Below are positions 28,997 through 38,209 of a stretch of 38,209 nt of DNA, one piece after another (the first letter of the stretch is position 1; each line of letters opens with the position of its first letter). The stretch comes from a virus (taxonomy: Duplodnaviria > Heunggongvirae > Uroviricota > Caudoviricetes), in the IMG/VR virus record IMGVR_UViG_2545824644_000015, positions 1 to 38,209 of that record. One strand, written 5' to 3'. Under the pieces are notes generated by a model. It was not told the origin of the DNA. It ran no database searches and was given only the letters and a program-made list of their open reading frames with translations. The translations under genes and the position numbers were made by a program.

Positions 28997-30373
28997 TCAT
29001 ACGTCAGCCCCTTGTGCATATCGTCTGCCACGCGCAGCAGGTGCATTTGATGCTGTGCAAATCTGTCTGGCTTCATCCTGGTCACATGCCACAAAGTGTC
29101 CGTTGCAGAACCGCTGGTAAACCGTACCAAGTGAGCCAAAACGGTTTTTCGTCACGATGATTTCAGCAAATGGCGCGGCGCTACTGTTCTCGTCATATAC
29201 AGCTTCCCGATAGAGCATGATGATTGAGTCTGCGTCCTGTTCAATGCTTCCTGAATCACGCAAATCTGCGTTTGTCGGGCGTTTGTTTGGCCGCTTCTCA
29301 ACATCGCGCGAAAGTTGACTTAGGGAGATAACAGGCGTTTTCAGGTCTTTCGCCATCGCCTTCAGGCTTCCGGAGATGTGAGCAATTGCGAGGTCGTTGC
29401 GATCTGCTTTCGGCTTCTCAATCAGGCCAAGATAATCCGCCATGATGAGTGACAGGTTTGGATTTTCCTGTTTGTGCCGTTCTGCGATTGAGCGTATTTC
29501 TTCGACCGATAACCGCGAGGCATCGACTACCCATACATCCAAATCTGCAAGCTGACTCATGCCGTTAGCAACACGCGCCCAGCCTTCGTCATCCATCGAT
29601 GCAGGATTTCGCAGCACGCTAACCGACATCCTCCCGGCGTTGGCAATGCTCCGCTCTGCAATCTGCAATGCGCTCATTTCCATCGAGAAAATCAATACTC
29701 CGCGCCGGACGTCAGAACCAGGAATAACACGACTTGCCACGCCTTCGGCAATCTTCAGCGCCAGCTCGGTTTTACCCATACCAGGACGAGCGGCGATTAT
29801 CACCAGGTCTTCCGCGTTCATCCCTCCGGTGATGGCATCAAGTTCTTCGATTCCGGTCTTCAGGGTATCTGACTCTTCTCCGTTCCTCAGACGCCTGTCA
29901 AGCGTGTCAGTGTAGTCAGTGATGATTTCCCCTAACCGTACAGGTTTAACCTCGTCACGGGGCTTTCTGATGGCTGAAAGACGCTTTACAAGTTCATCCA
30001 TCGCCTGACTCGATGCGTCGATGGTTCCGCTCTGAATTGGTTCACGCATTTCATCCATGATTTCCAGCACCAGACGGCGGTGATAGTTATCCGCGACCAT
30101 TCCGGCATATCCCTTCAGGTTTGCGGCACTCGGGCAGTTTTTGCTGGTCATCAGGATTGACGTGAAATGCTCCTCTCCGCACGCCTCGGCAACCATCAGC
30201 GCGTCGATTAGGTTTCTGTTTCGCGCCTGCTTGCGGATAACCTCGAAGGCTTTCCGGTAGAGCGGAATTGAAAACGCTTCCGGATCCAGCGTTGCCAGAA
30301 CGTCGCTGGCGGTTGGAGTTAATCCACCAATCAGCAGACCGCCGATAACGCTCGCTTCGATATCCTGTCTCAT
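28997..30373 (-). CDS. Replicative DNA helicase (DnaB-like, P22 gp12 type)
   Basis: 458 aa; Walker A ARPGMGKT; DnaB N-terminal domain; follows O-like initiator. Confidence 0.9.
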   Translation of the reverse strand: MRQDIEASVIGGLLIGGLTPTASDVLATLDPEAFSIPLYRKAFEVIRKQARNRNLIDALMVAEACGEEHFTSILMTSKNCPSAANLKGYAGMVADNYHRRLVLEIMDEMREPIQSGTIDASSQAMDELVKRLSAIRKPRDEVKPVRLGEIITDYTDTLDRRLRNGEESDTLKTGIEELDAITGGMNAEDLVIIAARPGMGKTELALKIAEGVASRVIPGSDVRRGVLIFSMEMSALQIAERSIANAGRMSVSVLRNPASMDDEGWARVANGMSQLADLDVWVVDASRLSVEEIRSIAERHKQENPNLSLIMADYLGLIEKPKADRNDLAIAHISGSLKAMAKDLKTPVISLSQLSRDVEKRPNKRPTNADLRDSGSIEQDADSIIMLYREAVYDENSSAAPFAEIIVTKNRFGSLGTVYQRFCNGHFVACDQDEARQICTASNAPAARGRRYAQGADV

Positions 30374-31200
30374 GCAATCCCCCTGTCTGCAAACTTCCCT
30401 TCCCGTACTCCCGTTAACGAGTCTTCTCTCAGCAGGTAATCAAAATCAGCCGTCCAGCCCGTGTCGTTGTCTCCGAAGTAAAACGGCTTGGCCTGATGCA
30501 CAAACGCCCTGACATACGCTCTGAAACCGTCCACGTTTGGCGTTTTCAGTTGCGGGATGATTTTCTTCAGGCGGCGTTTGCGTTTCTCGTTGACCGCAAC
30601 AGCGTGTGGCAGTCTGTCACCGACTTCGGTGTTGTAGGCGTTCAGGAAGGATTCGTAGTCGATTCGTTCTGCCTTGCGACGTTCAGGTTTAACCTGCCCA
30701 TCGCCGCCCCCGTTAGGGGGTAAGGGGGTATTTGTATTTATTGTCTTTTGTATATTGTCTTTTGTGTTTGACTGATTCGGTAAATTGCCTTTTACCGATT
30801 TGGTGAAGGTTTGTTTTACCGAATTGGTAAATGTTTTACCGAATCCGTTAACTTTCGTTTTCCACTCGGAAATGTTTGTATTCATACCAACTTGACGCCC
30901 CACCTGAATGAGAACTCCCATTCTGATAAGCTCGTTTTTGGCGGTAGAGCATTTGGTTGGTGCCATGCCAGTGAGTTCAGCGAACTGTTCGTTTCCGATC
31001 CAATCTATTTTTTTGTTGTAACCGTATGTCTTGCGCCACACAGCCATAACAATCAGTAACTGATGTAGAGTAAGTCCAGAAAGCATGGCGGCTTCTAACA
31101 GTGTGTTTGCAGTCCGAGTGTAGCCATCTTCGAGTTCTGCCACGCGATGCTCCACGACCTCCAGTTGAGGCCTGTAATCAGCTAACTTAACGACGCCCAT
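30370..31200 (-). CDS. Replication initiator (lambda O N-domain-like, P22 gp18 position)
   Basis: [15 protein letters not shown] and RKTYGYNK motifs as in lambda O N-terminus; iteron array inside coding region. Confidence 0.85.
   Translation of the reverse strand: MGVVKLADYRPQLEVVEHRVAELEDGYTRTANTLLEAAMLSGLTLHQLLIVMAVWRKTYGYNKKIDWIGNEQFAELTGMAPTKCSTAKNELIRMGVLIQVGRQVGMNTNISEWKTKVNGFGKTFTNSVKQTFTKSVKGNLPNQSNTKDNIQKTINTNTPLPPNGGGDGQVKPERRKAERIDYESFLNAYNTEVGDRLPHAVAVNEKRKRRLKKIIPQLKTPNVDGFRAYVRAFVHQAKPFYFGDNDTGWTADFDYLLREDSLTGVREGKFADRGIA
30700..30855. promoter_or_regulatory. Origin of replication: iterons plus AT-rich tract inside initiator gene
   Basis: Three direct copies of ttttaccgaa(t)t... 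(30790, 30813, 30833) plus an inverted copy (30769), adjacent AT-rich tatttgtatttattgtcttttgtatattgtcttttg, and flanking gggggtaagggggta repeat. Confidence 0.75.
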
Positions 31201-31348
31201 GTTTCACTCCTGCTTTGGCTAGTCTGTAAACACCAACAAGGCGCTCTGCGAACGCCCTGTTATTTGCTGCGGCTACCACTAATCCCTCAGGTGAATCAGG
31301 GTGTCGAATCTCTTCTTTTTCCTGGTATTTCTTACGACGTTTTGTCAT
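31187..31348 (-). CDS. Small basic hypothetical protein between c1 and initiator
   Basis: 53 aa MTKRRKKYQEKEE...; aggag RBS 5 nt before ATG; overlaps initiator start by 14 nt; below ORF-track size cutoff. Confidence 0.35.
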   Translation of the reverse strand: MTKRRKKYQEKEEIRHPDSPEGLVVAAANNRAFAERLVGVYRLAKAGVKHGRR

Positions 31349-31382
31349 AATTACTCCTGTAGATTGATCCAGTCTTTCTACA

Positions 31383-31661
31383 TCAGGCCTCGAAGAATTC
31401 GCCGTTCTTCGGGGCTTTTTCTTTTGTCAGCATTCTGGCTACTTTCTTAGCCAGTTCCGCCAACTCCTCGTCTTCAACACCCCATTCAAGAACAGCCAGA
31501 AGCATTCCCATTTTTGGGATGAAGCTGTCTTTCCATCGCGAAATTTGCGATTCATTAATCCCTAACGCGTCGGCAACCTTTCGCTGTCCACGTACAGCAA
31601 TTCGATTCAGGATGTTGCTTGTAATTGCATTCGCTTTCTTGCGAGTACTTGTAAGTTCCAT
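31383..31661 (-). CDS. c1: CII-like transcriptional activator (P22 c1 position)
   Basis: 92 aa from internal Met; SQISRWK...MLLAVLEWGV matches lambda CII core; aaggaaa RBS; longer ORF-track start would overlap nutR. Confidence 0.8.
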   Translation of the reverse strand: MELTSTRKKANAITSNILNRIAVRGQRKVADALGINESQISRWKDSFIPKMGMLLAVLEWGVEDEELAELAKKVARMLTKEKAPKNGEFFEA

Positions 31662-31718
31662 ATGTAAGTATTTCCTTAACAAATAAGAAGTTATGCGCAT
31701 CAACTTATGCGCGTTGTA

Positions 31719-31763
31719 TTCCCGCATTTCGGCGGGAATGAGGACCATGACTGTTAAAGAGCA
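31719..31763 (-). promoter_or_regulatory. nutR (boxA GCTCTTTAA plus boxB hairpin)
   Basis: Minus strand gctctttaacag...tcccgccgaaatgcggga between cro and c1; boxB identical to the nutL copy. Confidence 0.7.
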
Positions 31764-31769
31764 ATTTGC

Positions 31770-31955
31770 TTATGCCGCTTTGCGGTAAGCGCTTTCTTGA
31801 TACTTCAGGGCGCCAGCTGTAACGACTTCCAGTCGATAGGCGTCTTTCTCTGGGATGACTTCCTTCCACTGAGAGACTGCTGCGTCGCTAATGCCTAACG
31901 CTTTAGCTACAGCACGCTGGGTTCCGAAGTGGTCGATAACATCTTTCTTGTACAT
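31770..31955 (-). CDS. cro: Cro repressor (P22 type)
   Basis: 61 aa MYKKDVIDHFGTQRAVAKALGISDAAVSQWKEVIPEKDAYRLE..., near-identical to P22 Cro as remembered. Confidence 0.95.
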   Translation of the reverse strand: MYKKDVIDHFGTQRAVAKALGISDAAVSQWKEVIPEKDAYRLEVVTAGALKYQESAYRKAA

Positions 31956-31959
31956 AGAC

Positions 31960-32035
31960 TCGCTCCGAAATTAAAGAACACTTAAATTATCCACTAAAGG
32001 AATCTTAAGTCAAGTTTATTTAAGATGTCTTAACT
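31960..32035. promoter_or_regulatory. OR operators with divergent PR/PRM
   Basis: P22-type operator half-sites (aattaaagaacacttaaatt; tatttaagatgtcttaacta); minus-strand TTGACT-17-ATAATT (PR) at 31985-32013. Confidence 0.8.
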
Positions 32036-32686
32036 ATGAAAACTCAATTGATGGGAGAGCGCATTCGCGCTCGGAGAAAAGAACTCAAGATCAGGCAGGC
32101 CGCACTTGGAAAGATGGTCGGCGTGTCTAATGTTGCCATATCTCAGTGGGAACGCTCTGAGACAGAGCCAAATGGAGAGAATCTTCTCGCCCTGGCTAAT
32201 GCGTTGAAGTGTTCCCCTGACTATCTGATGAAAGGAGAGGAAAGTCTTTCAAACATTGCCTATCACAGTAGGCATGATCCAAGAGGGTCATACCCTCTGA
32301 TTAGCTGGGTGAGCGCAGGATGCTGGATGGAAGCTGTAGAACCATATCATAAGCGTGCAATAGATAACTGGTACGATACAACCGTAGACTGTTCAGACGA
32401 TTCGTTTTGGTTGGACGTGAAGGGAGACTCAATGACGGCTCCGGCAGGTCTCAGTATCCCTGAAGGAATGATAATACTCGTCGATCCTGAAGTAGAGCCG
32501 CGTAACGGGAAACTGGTAGTTGCAAAGCTCGAAGGAGAAAACGAGGCAACTTTCAAGAAGTTAGTTATTGATGCAGGCAGGAAGTTTCTAAAACCACTTA
32601 ACCCACAATATCCGATGATCGAGATCAACGGGAACTGCAAAATCATCGGCGTAGTTGTCGATGCAAAACTAGCAAACCTTCCATAA
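32036..32686 (+). CDS. c2: C2 repressor (P22 immC type, LexA-like autocleaving repressor)
   Basis: 216 aa, near-identical to P22 C2 as remembered; HTH N-domain and S24 peptidase C-domain. Confidence 0.95.
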   Translation: MKTQLMGERIRARRKELKIRQAALGKMVGVSNVAISQWERSETEPNGENLLALANALKCSPDYLMKGEESLSNIAYHSRHDPRGSYPLISWVSAGCWMEAVEPYHKRAIDNWYDTTVDCSDDSFWLDVKGDSMTAPAGLSIPEGMIILVDPEVEPRNGKLVVAKLEGENEATFKKLVIDAGRKFLKPLNPQYPMIEINGNCKIIGVVVDAKLANLP

Positions 32687-32710
32687 GGGGGCATTCGCCC
32701 CTTTTTTTTA
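32686..32710 (+). terminator. Rho-independent terminator after c2
   Basis: ggggc-attc-gcccc followed by tttttttt. Confidence 0.85.
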
Positions 32711-32777
32711 TTTCCTTTAAAAATCAAAGCCAAACTTAAGTTACGAAAGAAAATTTAAGTTTTCTTCAAAAATACTC

Positions 32778-32806
32778 TTGACCATTAATTAAAGAGATCT
32801 TAAATT
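32778..32806 (+). promoter_or_regulatory. PL promoter with OL operators
   Basis: TTGACC-17 bp-TAAATT; overlapping P22-type operator palindrome attaaagagatcttaaatt. Confidence 0.7.
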
Positions 32807-32852
32807 TAAGCCATCAGCAGGACGCTGGTAGCCAAACGGAACAGATTGGCAG

Positions 32853-32893
32853 GCTCTTTAACATTGATGGGATTGTCCCGCCGAAATGCGGGA
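32853..32893 (+). promoter_or_regulatory. nutL (boxA plus boxB)
   Basis: gctctttaacattgatgggattg-tcccgccgaaatgcggga; boxB identical to nutR. Confidence 0.7.
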
Positions 32894-33087
32894 ACCAAAG
32901 AGTAGTTGGCTTTGGGATTGGATGAATGAGCAGGCTGATGCTCGACCAATGTATAAACAGCGCTCATGGCAAGCAGTAACCAATCTGCGCCTCAAGACAG
33001 CGTCACTAGTAGTGCGGGCGCTCTAACCAGTAAGCCGGAGTTCAGCACCGGCCATCCAATCGCCAAAGTCAATCATCGGAGGTCAAC

Positions 33088-33387
33088 ATGGCAGTAGTCA
33101 TTACATATCTGGCTGACGATAACGCCAGAAATCGCCGCAGAGCACGCAGACAGGCTCAACGTGAACAGGCAATGCAAGAGCAGCGACTGGCGCGAAAAAT
33201 TGCGCTAAAGCTCTCTGGTTGCGTCAGAGCAGACAAAGCAGCATCACTCGGAAGCCTTCGCTACAAGAAGGCAGAAGAAGTCGAGCGTAAACAGAACCGT
33301 ATTTACTACCGCAAGCCACGCAGTGAAATGGGTGTGACTTGTGTTGGTCGCCAGAAAATGAAATTAGGCAGCAAACCACTTATTTGA
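33088..33387 (+). CDS. N-like transcription antiterminator
   Basis: 99 aa; arginine-rich motif NARNRRRARRQAQREQ near N-terminus; C-terminus GVTCVGRQKMKLGSKPLI resembles lambda N C-terminus; first gene after PL/nutL. Confidence 0.75.
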   Translation: MAVVITYLADDNARNRRRARRQAQREQAMQEQRLARKIALKLSGCVRADKAASLGSLRYKKAEEVERKQNRIYYRKPRSEMGVTCVGRQKMKLGSKPLI

Positions 33388-33395
33388 GGTGAAAT

Positions 33396-33563
33396 ATGGA
33401 AATTGAAATACCAGACAGCTTCGACCCTGAATGGCAAGCAATGATGCTTCGCCAGTTAGCTGGAAACATTGAGGCCCTTAAAAATCGAGAAGATGAACCT
33501 GACGAACTACTTATCGACTGCGAGGAAATTATCGAATCTCTTCGCGAATATTCAGGATTTTAA
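33396..33563 (+). CDS. Small acidic hypothetical protein
   Basis: 55 aa; gagg RBS 6 nt upstream; followed directly by a terminator; below ORF-track cutoff. Confidence 0.45.
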   Translation: MEIEIPDSFDPEWQAMMLRQLAGNIEALKNREDEPDELLIDCEEIIESLREYSGF

Positions 33564-33589
33564 GGCCGAATAGTCGGCCTTTATTTTTG
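33563..33589 (+). terminator. Rho-independent terminator (tL1-like)
   Basis: ggccga-atag-tcggcc followed by tttattttt. Confidence 0.75.
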
Positions 33590-33610
33590 GCACTAACAAC
33601 AGAGGCTAAC

Positions 33611-33907
33611 ATGGAATTTAAAGGTACTGAAGGTAAGTGGGAAATAATGATGGATGGCGATGAGATTAAAATCATCCAGGCAGACTCACTTGAAAATGGC
33701 GCTGGCTGGCGTTCGTATATTGCAATCTGTGAGGAAGTTCAATGCATTGAAGATGCCAATCTAATAGCGGCAGCACCTGACCTTCTCGAAGCGCTTCAGT
33801 TATTACTTAAGCAAACCAAAAATAGAACAACGACAACATATCCAGAATGGTATGGAGCTGTTAATAAAGGTCTTGCAGCAATCAGAAAAGCTCTTGGGGA
33901 AGAATGA
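33611..33907 (+). CDS. Hypothetical protein
   Basis: 98 aa from MEFKGTEG; agagg RBS. Confidence 0.5.
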   Translation: MEFKGTEGKWEIMMDGDEIKIIQADSLENGAGWRSYIAICEEVQCIEDANLIAAAPDLLEALQLLLKQTKNRTTTTYPEWYGAVNKGLAAIRKALGEE

Positions 33908-34065
33908 TGAATAAGAAATACATTGTTGAAGTTATAGAGCGAGAAACGAAAGAAGTAATTAAACATTTCGAATTTGATAATTATAGAAAAGCTGACCGCG
34001 TAGAAGAAGGATTGTTGCGACAAAGTAATCTCGAAAAATTTGATGTTGTCATGCGATGCGAATAA
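33904..34065 (+). CDS. Small hypothetical protein
   Basis: 53 aa; ATGATG start overlapping upstream stop; AT-rich. Confidence 0.4.
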   Translation: MMNKKYIVEVIERETKEVIKHFEFDNYRKADRVEEGLLRQSNLEKFDVVMRCE

Positions 34066-34158
34066 GCACCTATAGCAGATTTGCGAGTCTGCTATGTGAG
34101 CAATGTCGCTCGTAACTAAACAGGAGCCGACTTGTTCTGATTATTGGAAATCTTCTTC

Positions 34159-34183
34159 GCCCTCCAGTGTGAGGGCTTTTTTA
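34159..34183 (+). terminator. Rho-independent terminator
   Basis: gccctc-cagtgt-gagggc followed by tttttt. Confidence 0.8.
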
Positions 34184-34248
34184 TATGCATACCAATAACG
34201 CTTCACTCGAGGCGTTTTCGTTATGCAATCAAACAGAAGGAGCATCCT

Positions 34249-34419
34249 ATGCAACAGTTCGCTATTGCAGGGGCGGCATCGGTTCGCCCTTTCAACCCAA
34301 TTTTATCGGTGCAGCATTCACGAAAAAATATTTTAACCGGAGCAGACTTTAAACAACCAAGAATGAAAAGTTTGCTCGAAAAGCTTTGGGATATTTTGAA
34401 ACAACAAGGCCGTCCATGA
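34249..34419 (+). CDS. CIII-like protein (putative FtsH inhibitor)
   Basis: 56 aa MQQFAIAGA...LLEKLWDILKQQGRP; resembles lambda CIII ends (MQYAIAG...DILNQPG); aaggag RBS. Confidence 0.5.
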   Translation: MQQFAIAGAASVRPFNPILSVQHSRKNILTGADFKQPRMKSLLEKLWDILKQQGRP

Positions 34420-34586
34420 GTTTTACAGATAACTGGTCAGACGAAGAATTCATTCGTCAGATGAAAGAATTAATCGGTAACGAAGGAGATATTCATGTCA
34501 CTTGCAACCACAGTGAAGGAGAGCAAGTTACAGAGACGCATGTACACGCAGCAGGCGTTAATGTATCGCCAGAAGGGAGATCGTGA
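34416..34586 (+). CDS. Hypothetical protein (kil position)
   Basis: 56 aa; ATGA overlap with upstream stop; overlaps next ORF in another frame. Confidence 0.35.
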   Translation: MSFTDNWSDEEFIRQMKELIGNEGDIHVTCNHSEGEQVTETHVHAAGVNVSPEGRS

Positions 34587-34665
34587 AGGTGTTCGCGTAT
34601 TTTTAAATGCGGCAAAGACTGAAGTATTAAATCAGCGTTATTTCCTTGGGCCATGTCCATTCTGA
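34495..34665 (+). CDS. Hypothetical basic protein immediately upstream of erf (arf position)
   Basis: 56 aa MSLATTVKESKLQRR...; aggagat RBS; ends 10 nt before erf start. Confidence 0.4.
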   Translation: MSLATTVKESKLQRRMYTQQALMYRQKGDREGVRVFLNAAKTEVLNQRYFLGPCPF

Positions 34666-34675
34666 GAACAATCAT

Positions 34676-35281
34676 ATGAGCAAAGAATTTTACGCAAGAC
34701 TGGCAGCTATTCAGGAGAATCTGAACGCGCCAAAGAATCAGTACAACTCATTCGGAAAATATAAATACAGAAGCTGCGAAGACATTCTTGAAGGCGTTAA
34801 GCCGCTACTGAATGGCCTGTTTTTATCAATCAGCGATGAAGTTGTGTTGATTGGTGATCGGTATTATGTGAAAGCCACGGCAACTATTACCGATGGCGAA
34901 AACAGTCATACGGCAACCGCTCTTGCACGAGAGGAAGAAAGCAAGAAAGGAATGGATTCTGCACAAGTTACTGGAGCTACAAGCTCTTATGCACGCAAGT
35001 ATTGCCTCAATGGTTTGTTCGGCATTGATGATGCGAAAGATGCAGATACAGACGAGCATAAACATCAGCAGAACGCAGCAGCAAAGCAATCAAAACCATC
35101 ACCTACACCTGAACAGGTTCTAAAGGCATTCACTGACGCAGCAATGCAAAAAAACACCGTAGAAGAGCTTAAACAGGCGTTCGCCAAAGCGTGGAAGATG
35201 CTCGAAGGCACACCGGAGCAGCACAAAGCGCAGGACGTTTACAACATCAGACGAGATGAATTAGAAGGGGCAACTGCTTAA
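34676..35281 (+). CDS. erf: Erf single-strand annealing recombinase
   Basis: MSKEFYARLAAIQENLNAPKNQYNSFGKYKYRSCEDILEGVKPLL... near-identical to P22 Erf N-domain as remembered. Confidence 0.9.
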   Translation: MSKEFYARLAAIQENLNAPKNQYNSFGKYKYRSCEDILEGVKPLLNGLFLSISDEVVLIGDRYYVKATATITDGENSHTATALAREEESKKGMDSAQVTGATSSYARKYCLNGLFGIDDAKDADTDEHKHQQNAAAKQSKPSPTPEQVLKAFTDAAMQKNTVEELKQAFAKAWKMLEGTPEQHKAQDVYNIRRDELEGATA

Positions 35282-35661
35282 TGGCACATTCGATTACAGT
35301 AAGACTAAACAAACCCGCAAGAGAGTTTCAGGCCGGGGAAAATATCGGATTCAACATCCGTGCTGGCGTTCAGTATTACGATCGCCAGACAAAAAAGAAA
35401 GAATGGACAAACTACAGCGCCGTTGTATTTGCCAAGCCTGGAGCGCAAGCGGATTACTACCGTAGTGTTCTTGTTGAAGGTGGCATTGTGGAAATTACCG
35501 GAGAAAACATCAGGGTTGATGTTTATCAGGGGCAAAATGGTCAATCAATCACCCTTGAATTACTGAATGCAAAGATTGGATTTGCAGCTTCAGGAAATGG
35601 CCAGCAGCAAAGTAGTAACCAGCAGAACACTCCTGAATACGACGATTCCATCCCCTTCTGA
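35281..35661 (+). CDS. Putative single-stranded DNA-binding protein (SSB-like acidic C-terminal tail)
   Basis: 126 aa; C-terminus ...EYDDSIPF resembles the SSB partner-binding tail (D-D-x-I-P-F); directly downstream of erf. Confidence 0.5.
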   Translation: MAHSITVRLNKPAREFQAGENIGFNIRAGVQYYDRQTKKKEWTNYSAVVFAKPGAQADYYRSVLVEGGIVEITGENIRVDVYQGQNGQSITLELLNAKIGFAASGNGQQQSSNQQNTPEYDDSIPF

Positions 35662-35684
35662 TTTAGAAAAATAAGGATTTAATT

Positions 35685-35981
35685 ATGCCAGCGCCTCTGT
35701 ATGGTGCGGATGACCAGCGCCGCTGTTCCGGCAAATCCGTATCGGAGGTGCTGGATAAATTCAGAAAAAACTACGACCTGATAATGTCGCTACCGCAGGA
35801 AACGAAAGAGGAAAAGGAATTTCGCCACTGTATATGGCTTGCAGAGAAAGAAGAACGCGAGCGAATTTACCAGACATCAATCCGACCATTCCGCAAAGCC
35901 ACATATACCCACTTCCCTGAATATATCGACCCGCGCCTGCGTAATTACCGCTCACGCTATGGCGCTATCAGTAATGACTGA
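35685..35981 (+). CDS. Abc2-like anti-RecBCD protein
   Basis: 98 aa [10 protein letters not shown]...[13 protein letters not shown]; position after erf as in P22; identity from memory only. Confidence 0.5.
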   Translation: MPAPLYGADDQRRCSGKSVSEVLDKFRKNYDLIMSLPQETKEEKEFRHCIWLAEKEERERIYQTSIRPFRKATYTHFPEYIDPRLRNYRSRYGAISND

Positions 35982-35991
35982 GGAATTTACC

Positions 35992-36156
35992 ATGAGAGGA
36001 CTTGCATACAATCCCGGCATTCTTCCGGCAGAAATGATTATTCTCCAACGCGTAAAGCCAATGCCATCGAGAGAGGAATTACTTAAGAGAAATTCTTTTC
36101 CGTCAGTAAATCAAAACAAATATCTGAATGCGATGTGGCGGAGTGGGAAGAAATGA
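35992..36156 (+). CDS. Small hypothetical protein
   Basis: 54 aa; gagga RBS. Confidence 0.4.
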   Translation: MRGLAYNPGILPAEMIILQRVKPMPSREELLKRNSFPSVNQNKYLNAMWRSGKK

Positions 36157-36584
36157 AGCAAATGTCACTAATTGAGATGGATGGTTTTCTGAAAGGTAAA
36201 TGCATCCCAAGTGATTTAAAGGTTAACGAAACAAACGCTGAATATCTTGTCCGTAAGTTCGGTGAACTTGAATCAAAACTGGAAACGGCGTTGCGGGAGT
36301 GTCGTTCTGCTGGAATCACGATTGATAACCTTGAGGCTAAATGCGCGAAGATGGCTGCTGAAAATACCTCACTTAAGCAATCTGAGAAGGAATTTAATGA
36401 CTTTTGTCGTGAGGAGTTTAGCGAATGGGAAGATGATATTACTGAAACCCAAGCCACCGATGCTTTTCTGGCTGAAGTACGGGCGCAGGGCGTGGAGATG
36501 TTTGCTGACCATCTGTTGTGCCCAGACCTTGATGACACTATCCGTGACTTTGCTGCCCAGCTTCGCAAAGGAGGCAACCAGTGA
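36153..36584 (+). CDS. Hypothetical protein (Ea/Ead-like early-left region)
   Basis: 143 aa acidic coiled-coil protein; ATGA overlap. Confidence 0.5.
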   Translation: MKQMSLIEMDGFLKGKCIPSDLKVNETNAEYLVRKFGELESKLETALRECRSAGITIDNLEAKCAKMAAENTSLKQSEKEFNDFCREEFSEWEDDITETQATDAFLAEVRAQGVEMFADHLLCPDLDDTIRDFAAQLRKGGNQ

Positions 36585-37204
36585 GCGAAATTAATTACCA
36601 GGCACTGCGTGAGGCGGCGGAACGTGCAATTCCAGCAATGGAACGCCTATTAATGTTGCCAGCTGATGATGATTTGTTGAGTGAACAGGAACTTAAAGAT
36701 TACGGTGTGGATATTGATGCGCTCAACGCCTTCAAATTTCTGGCCGGACCAGAAACCGTGCTGGCATTACTGGATGAACGGGAAAGAAACCAGCAATACA
36801 TCAAAAGCCGCGACCAGGAGAACGAGGATATTGCGCTTACGGTAGGGAAGCTGCGTGTTGAGCTGGAAGCCGCAGAGAAGCGCAACGCAAAATTACAAAG
36901 CGAGAATGCATACATCCGCAACAGGTACAAAGAACTGGACCTATTAATCGGGAAAAACATTCTGGTCATGCAGGCTGCGATTATCGAATGGCAATCGACT
37001 GGCGATGCTAAAAGCGGACTGGCATGGATTTATAACACACTGTTTGGCCCTGGCGAATTGCCGGACGAATCTGAGAAAGATGCTCAGGCCTACTTTAATC
37101 GCAAATATGCACCGATTGACGAAAAGCTTATGGAGCTTCACAAGTGGTTTTGGGAACAAAGTGAAGCCGAGCGCGCCGCCGGCATTCGCATCAAAGGAGA
37201 GTGA
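36581..37204 (+). CDS. Hypothetical protein (Ea/Ead-like)
   Basis: 207 aa; coiled-coil segment; translationally coupled to upstream gene. Confidence 0.55.
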   Translation: MSEINYQALREAAERAIPAMERLLMLPADDDLLSEQELKDYGVDIDALNAFKFLAGPETVLALLDERERNQQYIKSRDQENEDIALTVGKLRVELEAAEKRNAKLQSENAYIRNRYKELDLLIGKNILVMQAAIIEWQSTGDAKSGLAWIYNTLFGPGELPDESEKDAQAYFNRKYAPIDEKLMELHKWFWEQSEAERAAGIRIKGE

Positions 37205-37205
37205 T

Positions 37206-38209
<1,004 letters not shown>

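Noticed and set aside
31383-31748. Long form of the c1/cII-like ORF
   Set aside because: N-terminal extension would run through the nutR boxA/boxB; internal Met gives the expected ~92-aa protein with a good RBS.
33020-33055. Possible boxB-like hairpin gccgg-agttcagca-ccggc just upstream of the N-like gene
   Set aside because: A better nutL (identical to nutR) lies at 32853-32893; this hairpin is short with a large loop and is probably incidental.
34144-34419. Long form of the cIII-like ORF starting at 34144
   Set aside because: Its first 35 codons span a strong rho-independent terminator; internal Met at 34249 has an aaggag RBS and matches the CIII N-terminus.
36083-36577. 164-aa minus-strand ORF
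   Set aside because: Antisense to co-directional Ea-like genes of the PL operon; Ser/Arg-rich low-complexity.

Overview
The window is a near-complete temperate lambdoid phage genome with Sf6/P22-like podovirus architecture, most likely from an Escherichia/Shigella host. All calls rest on reading the six-frame translations and the DNA by eye against remembered protein families and remembered lambda/P22 sequence; no search was run. Left to right: a tyrosine integrase (+), then a long minus-strand block: AT-rich O-antigen acyltransferase, P22-type tailspike, a ~3 kb accessory island, ejection proteins, tail needle, head genes, terminase, a lambda-like S/R/Rz/Rz1 lysis cassette, two tRNA genes, an HNH endonuclease in the late leader, Q, a nin region (NinB/E/H, RusA, orphan adenine methyltransferase), DnaB-like helicase and O-like initiator with embedded iterons. 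A P22-type immunity region follows (c1, cro, c2 with operators, nutL/nutR), then a plus-strand PL operon (N-like, cIII-like, Erf, SSB-like, Abc2-like, Ea-like ORFs) ending in a partial IS21-family IstB at the window edge. The best candidate for an undescribed system is the accessory island at 5.1-8.2 kb: small genes of unknown function in alternating orientation, own terminators, a 35-bp exact repeat providing identical RBS plus GTG start to two exported proteins, and a cluster of 10-bp operator-like repeats. I could not assign a function to this island.
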